A DNA stretch of 64,000 nucleotides, taken from Candidatus Latescibacterota bacterium. Its GTDB lineage: Bacteria; Latescibacterota; UBA2968; UBA8231. Shown in pieces: positions 50,868 through 60,659 of the stretch. Location: positions 928,001 to 992,000 of the forward strand of contig CBDCSU010000006.1 in the NCBI GenBank assembly GCA_965221775.1, in the 5' to 3' direction. The notes beneath the pieces are model-generated. The model was not told the DNA's origin. It saw only the letters and a list, made by a program, of their open reading frames with translations, and did not search any database. Position 1 is the stretch's first letter. Every line of letters begins with the position of its first letter. The translations under genes and the position numbers were made by a program.

Positions 50868-51568
50868 CAGATCTTCCAGGGCGCGTTCCCTGCGGCCCAC
50901 TGCTCCTCCAGACTCACCACGTCCCGCAGCGTGTCCATGCACTGCCAGAAGCCCTCGTGCCTGTACGCCCGCAGTTGTCCATCCTGCGCGAGCCGGGTCA
51001 TCGGCTCGCGCTCGAAGATGATCTCGTCGCCGGAGATGTAGTCGAGGACACCGGGATCGAGGACGAAGAACCCGCCGTTGATCCACCCGGCATCGAGCTG
51101 CGACTTCTCGCGGAAGTCGCGTACCAGATCGCCTTCGAGCTCCAGGCGACCGAAACGGGAGGGCGGGTGGACGGCCGTTACGGTGGCGAGACCGCCGTGG
51201 GATCCGTGGAAGGCGGCGAGGCGGGGGATGTCGACATCTCCGACCCCGTCGCCATAGGTCAGCATGAAGGTCTCTTCGCCGATCCAGTCAGCGAGCCGTC
51301 GGATCCTTCCTCCGGACTCGACATCCTGACCGGTATCGACGGGGTGGACGATCCAGTCCTCGCCGCAGTCTCTGCTGAAGAAGTCCTCGATGACTTCCCC
51401 CTTGTAGCCGAGGGCGATGACGAACTCCCGGAAGCCGTGGGCCTGGTAGATCTTCATGATATGGCAGAGAATCGGCTGGCCGCCGATCTCGACCATCGGC
51501 TTCGGCCTGACCGCGGTCTCCTCCTGGAGCCTGGTGCCCATGCCGCCCGCCAGGATCACCACCTTCAC
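50864..51568 (-). CDS. rfbF: Glucose-1-phosphate cytidylyltransferase
   Basis: ILAGGMGTRL, PKPMVEIG, LTYGDG, WINGGFF, GFWQCMDT, APWKIW. Confidence 0.93.
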   Translation of the reverse strand: MKVVILAGGMGTRLQEETAVRPKPMVEIGGQPILCHIMKIYQAHGFREFVIALGYKGEVIEDFFSRDCGEDWIVHPVDTGQDVESGGRIRRLADWIGEETFMLTYGDGVGDVDIPRLAAFHGSHGGLATVTAVHPPSRFGRLELEGDLVRDFREKSQLDAGWINGGFFVLDPGVLDYISGDEIIFEREPMTRLAQDGQLRAYRHEGFWQCMDTLRDVVSLEEQWAAGNAPWKIW

Positions 51569-53535
51569 AGCGCCGTCAGCGCCTTCAGCACCCGGACCCG
51601 CGCCTCGTCGGCCAGGGTGCGGTCCACGCTCTCGTCCAGCCATTGGGTGCGGCGTGAGAACGCGGCATCGGAGACACTCGTCGGCAGGCTCTCCAGCAAC
51701 CGGCGAGCCTCCTCCACTTCCGGACCCGTCGGCCCCCGCGCCGACGCCTCCCGGACCGCGCGGTCCAGCATGGCGAAGTACTCGTAGTCCTCCACCCCTT
51801 CCCGCTGGGCCTCCAGGTGCTTGCCGGCCGTCACCGAGTCCTCGGAGAGAAACATGGGCGCGTACGAGTTCCGCTCGGCCACGTATTCGTTCCAGGAGGA
51901 GGAACCGCCCGTATCGGTGAGCGACCAGAAGTGCATCCCCGTGGCCCCGTAGCGCCAGCACCACCACGCCGCGAGCCGGTAGTAGGCGTACGGATCGAGC
52001 AGCCGCGTCGGCCCGTCCGCATTGTAGAACTCCAGCACCGTCCCCTGGTCGCGCTTCTCCAGGAAGTAGTCCCGATACTCCCGGGCCGCGTCATCGGGCC
52101 GTATGGGGGCGGAGCTGTTCAGGAAGATCTTGATGTGCGGGCACAACACGTGGCAGGCATCGATCATCGCCTGCAGGGCCTGGCTCATGTCCCGGTGGTT
52201 CACGTCCTCCCAGATGCGGACCCCCGTATCCGCTTCCCGGATCGCCTTCGCCCACGCCAGGATGATGGGGTCCCGATCCGGATCCTCGTCAGGCTCATCC
52301 ACCAGGAGCAGGGTCAACTGTTCCGGCCTCAGCCCCTTCTTCACCGCGTGCCCGACCCAGAACGCGGCCCATGCCTTCACGGCCGTCGCGAATTCCGGCG
52401 TGTCCATGTCCCATGAGCTCTCCCCCTCACCTGCAAAGACGAAACGACGGCCTACCTTGGCGAAGACGAGGTACTGGGCCGCGTCCGGCCACATCTCGAG
52501 CCAGGCATCGAACTTGGCCGTCTCCGGGGGCACCGTCATCATCCCCTGCTCGTCATAGGCGCCCCGCACGTCCGGGTAGTACGGATTGATCAGCCGGGGC
52601 GACCCCCACGGCGAGTCCACGAGACGTTCGCGCAGGTGCCGGATGATCAGCGGCCGGTTCTGCCGGGTCACGGCCTGGTATTCGCCGAGCTCGTCCGTGT
52701 AGTCCCATCCGCCCAGGTTCAGCGACTGCCTCTCCGGGAACTCCAGGGGATACAGGTGCATGCGCAGCGGAATCCTGCCGCCGGGCCCGGACTCCACGAC
52801 GACCTCGCCCTCATGGACTCCCGCCTCCACGTCCACCGGATGGAAGGTGAGCCACACCTGACGGGTCATGCCGGAGGGCACGGTCACCGCGTACAGGCCG
52901 TCCTCGGCAGCGACCTCGGGCAGGGCCGCCGCCACCGGCACCCCGCCCCGGGTGTCCGTCCAGGCCACCTCGTGAACCGTCACATACGTCGGATTGTCGC
53001 CGCCGGGGAGGCCGCTCAGGCGGAAGGTCACCTGCGCCGGCCCGTCGCCGCTGTTGCTCACGTTGAAGGCCGCCGCCCGGTGCTCCCTGCGCATGAGGTG
53101 TACCTCGACCGCCGGTTCCCCCGTCGTGTCCGGCAGACCGATGTAGGGAAGGGGATCCCACAGGTTCGAAGACCAGAAGGCCAGCGGCTCCAGGCCGCTG
53201 GCGCGCCACAGCCGCGCCTGCGTGCGCAACACCCGCTCGTGCCACGGGTTCAGCGGCAGCACGGCCCGGAAGTCATCCCCGAAGGTTGTGCAGGCCTGCC
53301 CCAGCTCCCCTTCCACGGCTGCCAGCTCGGCCAGCACGCCGCGGCGCGTCGGCGCCGGTACCCCCTCTTCTTCCGCGGCCTTCCTGAGGGCCTCGATGTC
53401 CCGCACAAGGCGCGTCCGGATCCCTTCCTGGATGGCGGTCCTGGCCTTCTCGTCCAGTCGGTCCGCCGGGACCGCCGCCTGCGCCCACGGCAGTCCTGCC
53501 ATCAGCATCGCCGCCGCTGCCGATGTCCATCCCAT
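51565..53535 (-). CDS. Secreted DUF4091/GH123-like protein (short paralogue)
   Basis: Signal peptide; LVDEP; C-terminal LEAQREGVEDYEYF typical of DUF4091. Confidence 0.65.
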   Translation of the reverse strand: MGWTSAAAAMLMAGLPWAQAAVPADRLDEKARTAIQEGIRTRLVRDIEALRKAAEEEGVPAPTRRGVLAELAAVEGELGQACTTFGDDFRAVLPLNPWHERVLRTQARLWRASGLEPLAFWSSNLWDPLPYIGLPDTTGEPAVEVHLMRREHRAAAFNVSNSGDGPAQVTFRLSGLPGGDNPTYVTVHEVAWTDTRGGVPVAAALPEVAAEDGLYAVTVPSGMTRQVWLTFHPVDVEAGVHEGEVVVESGPGGRIPLRMHLYPLEFPERQSLNLGGWDYTDELGEYQAVTRQNRPLIIRHLRERLVDSPWGSPRLINPYYPDVRGAYDEQGMMTVPPETAKFDAWLEMWPDAAQYLVFAKVGRRFVFAGEGESSWDMDTPEFATAVKAWAAFWVGHAVKKGLRPEQLTLLLVDEPDEDPDRDPIILAWAKAIREADTGVRIWEDVNHRDMSQALQAMIDACHVLCPHIKIFLNSSAPIRPDDAAREYRDYFLEKRDQGTVLEFYNADGPTRLLDPYAYYRLAAWWCWRYGATGMHFWSLTDTGGSSSWNEYVAERNSYAPMFLSEDSVTAGKHLEAQREGVEDYEYFAMLDRAVREASARGPTGPEVEEARRLLESLPTSVSDAAFSRRTQWLDESVDRTLADEARVRVLKALTAL

Positions 53536-53538
53536 GGA

Positions 53539-56154
53539 CTACTCACCGGCCAGCGCCGTCAGCGCCGCCAGCACCTGGACCCGCGCCTTGTCCGCCAGGG
53601 TGCGGTCGACTTCCTCGTTGAACCAGTGGAACCCGTTCAGGGGCTGGCTGGCGTCGACCTCGCCCCCGTGGCCCGCCGCATCGCAGACACTCGCCGGCAG
53701 ACTCTCCAGCAGGCGGCGGGCCTCCTCCACCTCCGGACCCGTCCTCCCCCGGGCGGACGCCTTCCGGAGCGCCCGGTCCAGCATGGCGAAGTACTCGTAG
53801 TCCTGGACGCCTTCCCGCGTCGCCTCGAGGTGCTTGCCGGCGGTCACCGAGTCCTCGTCGATGAAGATCGGCGAGTACGCATCCTTGAAGGTGAGATACT
53901 CGTTCCACGATGACGCTCCGCCCGTGTCGGTGAGGGACCACATGTAGAACGCCGACGCCCCGAAGCGCCAGCTGGTCCACGCCGTGAGCCGGCTGGCGTA
54001 CGGATCCCAGATCCGGCTCGTCCACGCCGCGTAGAACTCCAGCCCGATCCCCTGGTCCCGCTTGTTCACGAAGTAGTCGCGGTACTCCTGGCCCTGGGTC
54101 AGGAAGCTGACGTAGTTCGGGCTCAGAACGTGGCACGCGTCGATCATCTCCTGGTCCGCCTCGTCCATGTCCCGGTGGGTGACATCCTCCCAGATGCGGA
54201 CTCCCGTGTCGGCCTCGCGGATGGGCCTCGCCCACGCCAGGATGCGCTCGTCCTGCCACGGCTCGTCCGGCTCATCCACCAGGAGCAGCCCGAACTGTTC
54301 CGGCCGCAATCCACTCGCCTTCATGTGCTCCGCCCAGAACGTGACCCACGCCTTCACCGCCGTGTTGAACTCCGGCGTGCCCATGGGCAACGACTCGAAG
54401 TGCCTTCCCACCTTCGCGAAGACGAGGTACTGGGCCGCGTCCGGCCACAAGTCGATCCAGGCATCGAAGTAGTCGGTGGAGGGCGGCGCCGTCATCGCCC
54501 CCCGCGCGTCGTGGGTGCCCCGTGGCAGGGCGAGCTTGAGGGCCCACGGCGAGTCGACGCGGTGCTCGCGCAGGTGGTCGATGATCCCCTGCCGGTTCTG
54601 CGCCGTCAGAAGGGGGAAGTGGCCGATCCGGTCCGTGTAGTCCCACCCCCCCATGTGCAGCGACTGCTCTTCGGGGAAGTCGAGGGGATACAGGTGCATG
54701 CGCAGCGGAAACCGCCGGCCCTCGCCGGACTCCACCACGACCTCGCCCTCGTGGGCGCCCGCCTCCACGTCCACGGGATGGAAGGTGAGCCACACCTGGC
54801 GGGTCATGCCCGAGGGCACGGAGACCGTGTACAGGCCGTCCCCGCCCGGGGCCACCTCGGGCAGGGCCGCCGCCACCGGGTCCCCTCTCCGGGTATCGGT
54901 CCAGGCGACTTCGTGAACGGTGACGTACTCGGGATTGCCGCCCCCGGGCAGACCCTCCAGGCGGAAGGCCACCTCCGCCGACTCGTCACCGCTGTTGCTC
55001 ACGTTGAACGCCGCCGCGCGGTACTCCCCGCGCATCAGGTGAACCTCGACGGCGGGCTCCGACGACGTGTCGGGGGTACCGACGAGGGGCACCGGGTCCC
55101 ACAGGTTCGGAGACCAGAACGTGAGCGGCTCCAGTCCCCGGGCGCGCCACAGCCGCGCCTGCGTGCGAAGGACCCGCTCGTGCCAGGGATTCAGGGGCAG
55201 CACCGCCCGGAAGTCGTCCCCGAAGGCCATGGCCGGCCCCAGTTCCCCTTCGACCGCCGCCAGCTCGGCCAGCACGTCACTCCGCGTCGGCGCCGGCACA
55301 CCCTCTTCCTCCGCCGCCGCTCTCAGGGCCTCGATGTCGCGCACGAGGCGCGTCCGGATCCCCTTCTGGATGGCGAGCCCGCCGGCGTAGACCTGGACAT
55401 CGGGGATGGCCGGCCCCGGCAGCGGCTCCTTCAGCCACTCCGGCTCTCCCGCCCAGACCTCGATCTCGTCGACGAAGGTGTACGGCTCGTTCCACACGAC
55501 CAGGCTGACATAGCGGCCGTGGGTCCGCAACCGGTCGGTGCGGTACCGGTACGTCCCGTACTGGGAAGCGCGCATCTCGTTGAGATCGCGGATGATCCTC
55601 TCGCGCAGCTCGGGGGTGAGCTTCTTCCCCGGGTAGCGCTCCCGGTCGCGGTCCCAGTAGTGATGTATCTCCGCGTTGGAGAACTGCATGCCCTCCCGGG
55701 CCCATATGGCGTCGCTCGCCCTCTCCGGCACGAGGGGGCCGTGTTGTTGCTCGCTCAGCTCCACCAAGTCGCCGATCTCGTGGAACACCCCGTCCTCACC
55801 CGCCACGAGGATGCGGATCATCAGCGGCCACGTCACGTCGGCGAAGCCGCCCGCCGTGCTGAAGGAGACCCCGCGTATCGGCTTCACCGCCCCCAGGTCC
55901 AGCGTGAAGACCGAGGGCGTCTTCTCCTGCCACCCCACCGTCGACAGCTCCGCCCAGAAGTAGCCGTCCGTGTACATCCCGTCGGTCAGCTGCTCGCTGT
56001 CGCCGGCCTCCGTGCAGAGCCCGTAGTTCGGCCCCGGGGACAGCGTGTAGCTCGCCCCGAGGGCGATGTTCTCGCTCGGACGGTCCGCGGGGTCCGCCGC
56101 GGACGGCTGGGCAAGGGCCGCCATCAACGCCACCGCTGTCAATGCTCGTTGCAT
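53539..56154 (-). CDS. Secreted DUF4091/GH123-like protein with extra N-terminal discoidin-like domain (long paralogue)
   Basis: NIALGASY..QLTDG..LDLG..FVDEIEV; LVDEP; REGVQDYEYF; tandem paralogue of 51565. Confidence 0.65.
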   Translation of the reverse strand: MQRALTAVALMAALAQPSAADPADRPSENIALGASYTLSPGPNYGLCTEAGDSEQLTDGMYTDGYFWAELSTVGWQEKTPSVFTLDLGAVKPIRGVSFSTAGGFADVTWPLMIRILVAGEDGVFHEIGDLVELSEQQHGPLVPERASDAIWAREGMQFSNAEIHHYWDRDRERYPGKKLTPELRERIIRDLNEMRASQYGTYRYRTDRLRTHGRYVSLVVWNEPYTFVDEIEVWAGEPEWLKEPLPGPAIPDVQVYAGGLAIQKGIRTRLVRDIEALRAAAEEEGVPAPTRSDVLAELAAVEGELGPAMAFGDDFRAVLPLNPWHERVLRTQARLWRARGLEPLTFWSPNLWDPVPLVGTPDTSSEPAVEVHLMRGEYRAAAFNVSNSGDESAEVAFRLEGLPGGGNPEYVTVHEVAWTDTRRGDPVAAALPEVAPGGDGLYTVSVPSGMTRQVWLTFHPVDVEAGAHEGEVVVESGEGRRFPLRMHLYPLDFPEEQSLHMGGWDYTDRIGHFPLLTAQNRQGIIDHLREHRVDSPWALKLALPRGTHDARGAMTAPPSTDYFDAWIDLWPDAAQYLVFAKVGRHFESLPMGTPEFNTAVKAWVTFWAEHMKASGLRPEQFGLLLVDEPDEPWQDERILAWARPIREADTGVRIWEDVTHRDMDEADQEMIDACHVLSPNYVSFLTQGQEYRDYFVNKRDQGIGLEFYAAWTSRIWDPYASRLTAWTSWRFGASAFYMWSLTDTGGASSWNEYLTFKDAYSPIFIDEDSVTAGKHLEATREGVQDYEYFAMLDRALRKASARGRTGPEVEEARRLLESLPASVCDAAGHGGEVDASQPLNGFHWFNEEVDRTLADKARVQVLAALTALAGE

Positions 56155-56250
56155 CCTGTCCCTCGCTTTCGAGTGGCCTCGGATAACCTCGAATCGACTC
56201 AATACTAAGGAATGGGGCCCCGGCTCCGGCTACCCCTCCACGGCCCGCGA

Positions 56251-57660
56251 TCAACCCCCCAGGGACGCGAGCCAGTCCCGGAGAAAGACCGCCGACCGCG
56301 GGATGAGCCCGTCGAGGGAGAAATAGGAGTGCCCGCCCCCGGGGTAGATGAAGGCCTCGAAGCCGGGCGGCGTCCGCCCCAGGGCGTCCATGGTCCCGAT
56401 GAGGGACTCGGCCTGGCTCACGGAGACGACGTCGTCGTCGGTGCCGTGGTGAAGCTGCACGGGAGGCAGGTATTCGGCGAAGAGCACGGCCGACCTGCGG
56501 GTCAGCTCCAGGCGCGCCTCCGGGAGGGGCACCTCGCCGCGGACGAAGGGCGTGATGACGGTGGAGTCGAGGTGGGCCACCGACGGCAGGTCCCGGGGGC
56601 TCCCCAGGGCGGCATCACGCGCGATCCCGCGAACCCAGCCGTCGAAGAAGTCGGTGGGGCCGAAGACGGCGACGATGCGCTCGATGCGCTGGTCGCGGAT
56701 CCCGGCCAGCAGCGCCACCCCCGCCCCCCGGCTGGCGCCGACGACGGCCATCCCGCCGGGGCGGGCCTCCGGCGTCGACTCGAGGACGGCGTTGACCAGC
56801 GCCAGGGTGTCGTCCACGTCGTGGTCCCACGGGCTCGCCGGGCCCTCGGAGACCCGGCTCTCGCCGCCGTGAATCAGCGGCTCGGCCCGGAAGGAGGGGA
56901 TCACGTAGACGAAGCGCTCCACCAGCGGGCCGAGGGCGAAGGCGACGATCTGGATGTCGTCCACCGACACGCCGCTGTCGCCGCCGTGCAGGTAGAGCAG
57001 CAGGGGCAGGCTCCCGGCGGCGGCCCCTTCGGGCACGAGGACGGCGCCGTAGTGCAGGACCCCGTCCACCCGGTGGGAGAGGATCCGCAGGGCGCACGCC
57101 CGGCCGGCCAGGGAGTACCCCTCCTGGTGTTCCACCGCCACCCCGCGGGCCGAGACGTCGCGGGCGGCCCAGTCGGAGCGGACGGCCTCCACCTCCGCCG
57201 CCGAAGCGGGCGCGAAGAGGGCGTCCAGCTCGCCGTCGAGATCGACGGCCTCGGCGGCCACCGAGACGACGGTGTCGGCCGCCGAGACCCGGAGGCTCTG
57301 CACGCCGACGCCGGCGCCGAGGGTCCAGGTGGAGGCCGCCCTCCCGTCGGCGCCGGTGGCGGCCGAGGTCGGGTCCGCCTCGCCGTGGCCGGCGGCGGGG
57401 GCGAAGGCGACGCTCACGCCGGGGACGGGCCGGCCCCGGGCGTCGACCACCTGCACGACCACCGCGGCCGCCAGGGAGCGGCCCGGCAGGGCGCGCTGGC
57501 CGAGGCCGGAGACTACCTCCATCGACGCCGGCTGCGAGCCGGGGCCCGTTGGGCCGCCGGACCCGCCGCAGCCGGTCATGGCGGCGAGCAGGAGGAGCCC
57601 AAACCGGCCGCCCAGGTATGGGAGATGTCGCGGTTGGCTGCTTATACTCGTATCTCTCAA
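56251..57660 (-). CDS. Lipoprotein with Ig-like domain and S9-type alpha/beta-hydrolase; start uncertain
   Basis: LLAAMTGC lipobox; LYLHGG, GASRG (GxSxG), HHGTDDDVV, GGGH; possible TTG at 57660 or ATG at 57579. Confidence 0.75.
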   Translation of the reverse strand: MRDTSISSQPRHLPYLGGRFGLLLLAAMTGCGGSGGPTGPGSQPASMEVVSGLGQRALPGRSLAAAVVVQVVDARGRPVPGVSVAFAPAAGHGEADPTSAATGADGRAASTWTLGAGVGVQSLRVSAADTVVSVAAEAVDLDGELDALFAPASAAEVEAVRSDWAARDVSARGVAVEHQEGYSLAGRACALRILSHRVDGVLHYGAVLVPEGAAAGSLPLLLYLHGGDSGVSVDDIQIVAFALGPLVERFVYVIPSFRAEPLIHGGESRVSEGPASPWDHDVDDTLALVNAVLESTPEARPGGMAVVGASRGAGVALLAGIRDQRIERIVAVFGPTDFFDGWVRGIARDAALGSPRDLPSVAHLDSTVITPFVRGEVPLPEARLELTRRSAVLFAEYLPPVQLHHGTDDDVVSVSQAESLIGTMDALGRTPPGFEAFIYPGGGHSYFSLDGLIPRSAVFLRDWLASLGG

Positions 57661-57672
57661 CTGGAGAGCCTC

Positions 57673-57846
57673 ATGACCACGATCACAAAGCTTGAGCCGA
57701 CGCGGTGGCCTCCCGGGTTCTGGGGCGCCTTCGCCCCGGATCCCGACTTCGGGATGCCGTCCCCGCTTCCGTCCTCGGCCGTCGATCTGGATGACCCCGA
57801 TGCCCCCGGCCCGGGTCCCGGACCGAGCGCAGAGGACTGGAGCTGA
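57673..57846 (+). pseudogene. Collapsed vapBC toxin-antitoxin remnant
   Basis: 57-aa ORF: MTTITKL followed by VapB-like tail WPPGFW..PDPDF; the 3' end resembles a VapC C-terminus (RVP..AEDWS, frameshifted); TATACT at 57643 and GGAG RBS. Confidence 0.5.
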
Positions 57847-57880
57847 TCCGGGCGGCGCGCTGCACCGCCCTCTCATTCTC

Positions 57881-59269
57881 ATGCTGCCGTCCCTGATCCG
57901 CAAGGAGATCGTCCTCGGCGTCCTCAGCCTGCGCTTCGCCGTGACCTTCGTCCTGTTCTTCGTGCTCACGCTGGTGAGCGTCTTCACCATGACCCGCGGC
58001 TACGAGCGGGCCCTGCGGCTGCACGAGGTCGGCGCCGCCCGCCACCACGAGCAGGTCCGCGGAGTCCAGGAAGCCGAGGAGCCCGACGAGGCCCTCCACG
58101 ACATCCTCTTCGGCGGCGACGGGTTCTACGGCGACCGCGCGCCCCGGCCCATGGGCGTCTTCGTCAAGGGCCTGGAGGACCGCCTGCCGACGCAGGTCAA
58201 CGTCAGCCTGTGGCATGTCCGCCCCGTCGACGACGACCGCTACCGCAACCCCCTCTTCCGGCTCTTCGCCTCACCCGACTACGCCTACATCGCCAACATC
58301 GTCATCTCGCTGCTGGCCCTGCTCTTCGTCTTCGACGCCGTCTGCGGCGAGAAGGAACGGGGCACCCTGAAGATCCTGCTGGCCAACCGCGTGCCCCGCG
58401 ACCTGGTGCTGCTGGGCAAGTGGATCGGCGGCTACCTGTCCCTCGCGGTGCCGCTGGCGGCGGCCCTCTTCGCCTCCCTCACCTACGTGGTACTCACCGG
58501 CGCCGTGCGCGTGGACGCCGACTTCCTGTCGCGGTTCCTGTGGATCGCCGGGGTCTCCCTGCTCTACGTCTCCGTGTTCTTCGGCCTGGGCATGCTCATC
58601 TCCACCCTGACCCACAAGGCGTCGACGGCGCTCCTCGTCTCCCTCTTCGTGTGGATCTGCTGGATCCTCGTCATCCCCAACCTGGCCCCGGTGGCGGCGC
58701 GCCTGGCGGTGCCGGTGCCGACGCGGCAGAAGATCGAGGCCGAGAAGGAGGCCGTGGACCGGGAGACGCAGATCGGCGTGCAGCGGGTCAACCGCAACAT
58801 GCTCGGCTACGGCCGCAAGGCCGAGGAGATGGTCGAGGAGATCGAGAAGCAGGGGGACGCGCGCAAGGACCGGATCGATCAGTACTACCATGGCCGCCTG
58901 CGCCGCCAGGTCGACCTGAGCCGCAACCTGTCGCGGGCCTCGCCCTCGGCCAGCTTCGTGCTCGCCGCCAGCGACCTGGCCGGCACCGGGGTGGATCTCT
59001 TCACCGCCTTCAACACCGCTGTCCGGCGCTACGGCGAGGAGTTCTCCGAGCACTGGTGGGAGTGGGACGAGGAGTACCACGAGAACGACGAGGAGATGCC
59101 CGACGACGCCTGGCTCGAGGTCGACGAATGGCCGGCGCTGCGGGTGGAGCAGGCGCGCCTCGACGACGTGGTCGACGCCGTCCTCCTCGACGTGCTGCTG
59201 CTGGTCGTCTTCAACGTCCTGTTCTTCCTGCTCTCCTACCTGTTCTTCCTGCGCTACGACGTGACCTGA
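57881..59269 (+). CDS. ABC-2-type transporter permease
   Basis: LIRKE..SLRF, FDAVCGEKERGTLKILLANRVPR..LLGK, LVIPNL, ends FLRYDVT. Confidence 0.85.
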   Translation: MLPSLIRKEIVLGVLSLRFAVTFVLFFVLTLVSVFTMTRGYERALRLHEVGAARHHEQVRGVQEAEEPDEALHDILFGGDGFYGDRAPRPMGVFVKGLEDRLPTQVNVSLWHVRPVDDDRYRNPLFRLFASPDYAYIANIVISLLALLFVFDAVCGEKERGTLKILLANRVPRDLVLLGKWIGGYLSLAVPLAAALFASLTYVVLTGAVRVDADFLSRFLWIAGVSLLYVSVFFGLGMLISTLTHKASTALLVSLFVWICWILVIPNLAPVAARLAVPVPTRQKIEAEKEAVDRETQIGVQRVNRNMLGYGRKAEEMVEEIEKQGDARKDRIDQYYHGRLRRQVDLSRNLSRASPSASFVLAASDLAGTGVDLFTAFNTAVRRYGEEFSEHWWEWDEEYHENDEEMPDDAWLEVDEWPALRVEQARLDDVVDAVLLDVLLLVVFNVLFFLLSYLFFLRYDVT

Positions 59270-59276
59270 GGCCGCC

Positions 59277-60659
59277 GTGCTCGCCCACCTGATCCGCAAG
59301 GAGCTGCTGGAGCAGCTGTTGAGCCTGCGCTTCGCCATGGCCTGCATCATCTGCCTGATCATCACCCTGTCCAGCGCCGTGGTGCTGACCCGCGACTACA
59401 GGGAGGCCCTGGCCGACTACCGCACCAACGTGGTCCTCCACAAGAACGAGCTGGAGGACAGCGGCGACATCTGGGACGACGGCGTCGTCATCGACAAGCC
59501 GCTGAACCCGATGCAGATCTTCGTGCGCGGCGTCGACCCGAGGCTGGTGGTCTCGGCCCGGGTCACCCACGGGCAGCAGCCGATCTTCGAGGCGGAGCAG
59601 GAGGTCAACCCGGTCTCGTACCTCTTCCCGCCCGGTGACCTGCTGTTCTTCATCGGCGTGGTCATGAGCCTGCTGGCCCTCGCCTTCGGCTACGACGCGG
59701 TCTCGGGCGAGAAGGAGTCGGGCACGCTGAAGCTGCTCATGTCGTACTCGGCGCCCCGGGACCTGGTGCTGCTGGCCAAGTGGGTCGGCGGCTACCTCGC
59801 CCTGGCGGCGCCCTTCCTGCTGGCCGTGACCGCCGCCCTGGTGGTGGTCATGGTCATGCCCGGCGTCGAGCTGGGCGAGCAGGAATGGGGGGCCCTGGTG
59901 CTCCTCATCGCCGTGGGCCTGCTCTACCTGGCCGCGGTGTACGGCATGGGGATCTTCGTCTCCGCCCGCACCCACCTGGCCTCGACGTCGATCACCGTCC
60001 TGCTCATGGTCTGGGTGCTGATGGTCCTGGTGGTCCCCAACCTGGCGCCCTACCTGGCGGCCGAGGCCGTGCCCCTGCGCAACTTCATGGAGGTGGAGGA
60101 GGAGAAGGCGGCCGCCTCCGAGACGGCGTCGGAGGCGTTCGAGCAGGAGCTGGACGAGTTCACCGCCAACAACCCGGAGGTCGAGCGCTGGGGCGACGAC
60201 GGCCGCTGGGGCGCCATGTGGAACCTGCGCTATCAGAAGCTGGCCCTGCAGCGGATCGACGACGAGGGCCGGATCGAGGGCCGCTACGCCAACGAGCTGG
60301 CCGCCCAGGTGGCCGTGGCCCGCCACCTGTCGCGGCTCTCCCCGTTCTCCTCCTTCGCCTACGCCGCCACCGAGCTGGCCGGGGCCGGACTCACCGAGGA
60401 CCGCCGCTTCCGCGGCAGCCTGCCCGAGTACCGCCGCCGCCTGACGGTGTACGTCACCGAGCTCTACAGCCGCGCCTGGGCCGAGCAGACCATCGACGAG
60501 CCCCAGGACCTCAGCGGCCGTCCCCTCTGGCTCTACGGGCGCGCCCCCGTCGGCGAACGCCTGGCCGCGGTCCTGCCCGACGTGATGCTGCTGGCCGCGT
60601 GGACCGTCCTGTTCTTCATGGCCGCCTACCTCTCCTTCCTGCGCTACGACGTCAAGTGA
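59277..60659 (+). CDS. ABC-2-type transporter permease (tandem paralogue)
   Basis: LIRKE..SLRF, YDAVSGEKESGTLKLL, ends FLRYDVK. Confidence 0.85.
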   Translation: MLAHLIRKELLEQLLSLRFAMACIICLIITLSSAVVLTRDYREALADYRTNVVLHKNELEDSGDIWDDGVVIDKPLNPMQIFVRGVDPRLVVSARVTHGQQPIFEAEQEVNPVSYLFPPGDLLFFIGVVMSLLALAFGYDAVSGEKESGTLKLLMSYSAPRDLVLLAKWVGGYLALAAPFLLAVTAALVVVMVMPGVELGEQEWGALVLLIAVGLLYLAAVYGMGIFVSARTHLASTSITVLLMVWVLMVLVVPNLAPYLAAEAVPLRNFMEVEEEKAAASETASEAFEQELDEFTANNPEVERWGDDGRWGAMWNLRYQKLALQRIDDEGRIEGRYANELAAQVAVARHLSRLSPFSSFAYAATELAGAGLTEDRRFRGSLPEYRRRLTVYVTELYSRAWAEQTIDEPQDLSGRPLWLYGRAPVGERLAAVLPDVMLLAAWTVLFFMAAYLSFLRYDVK

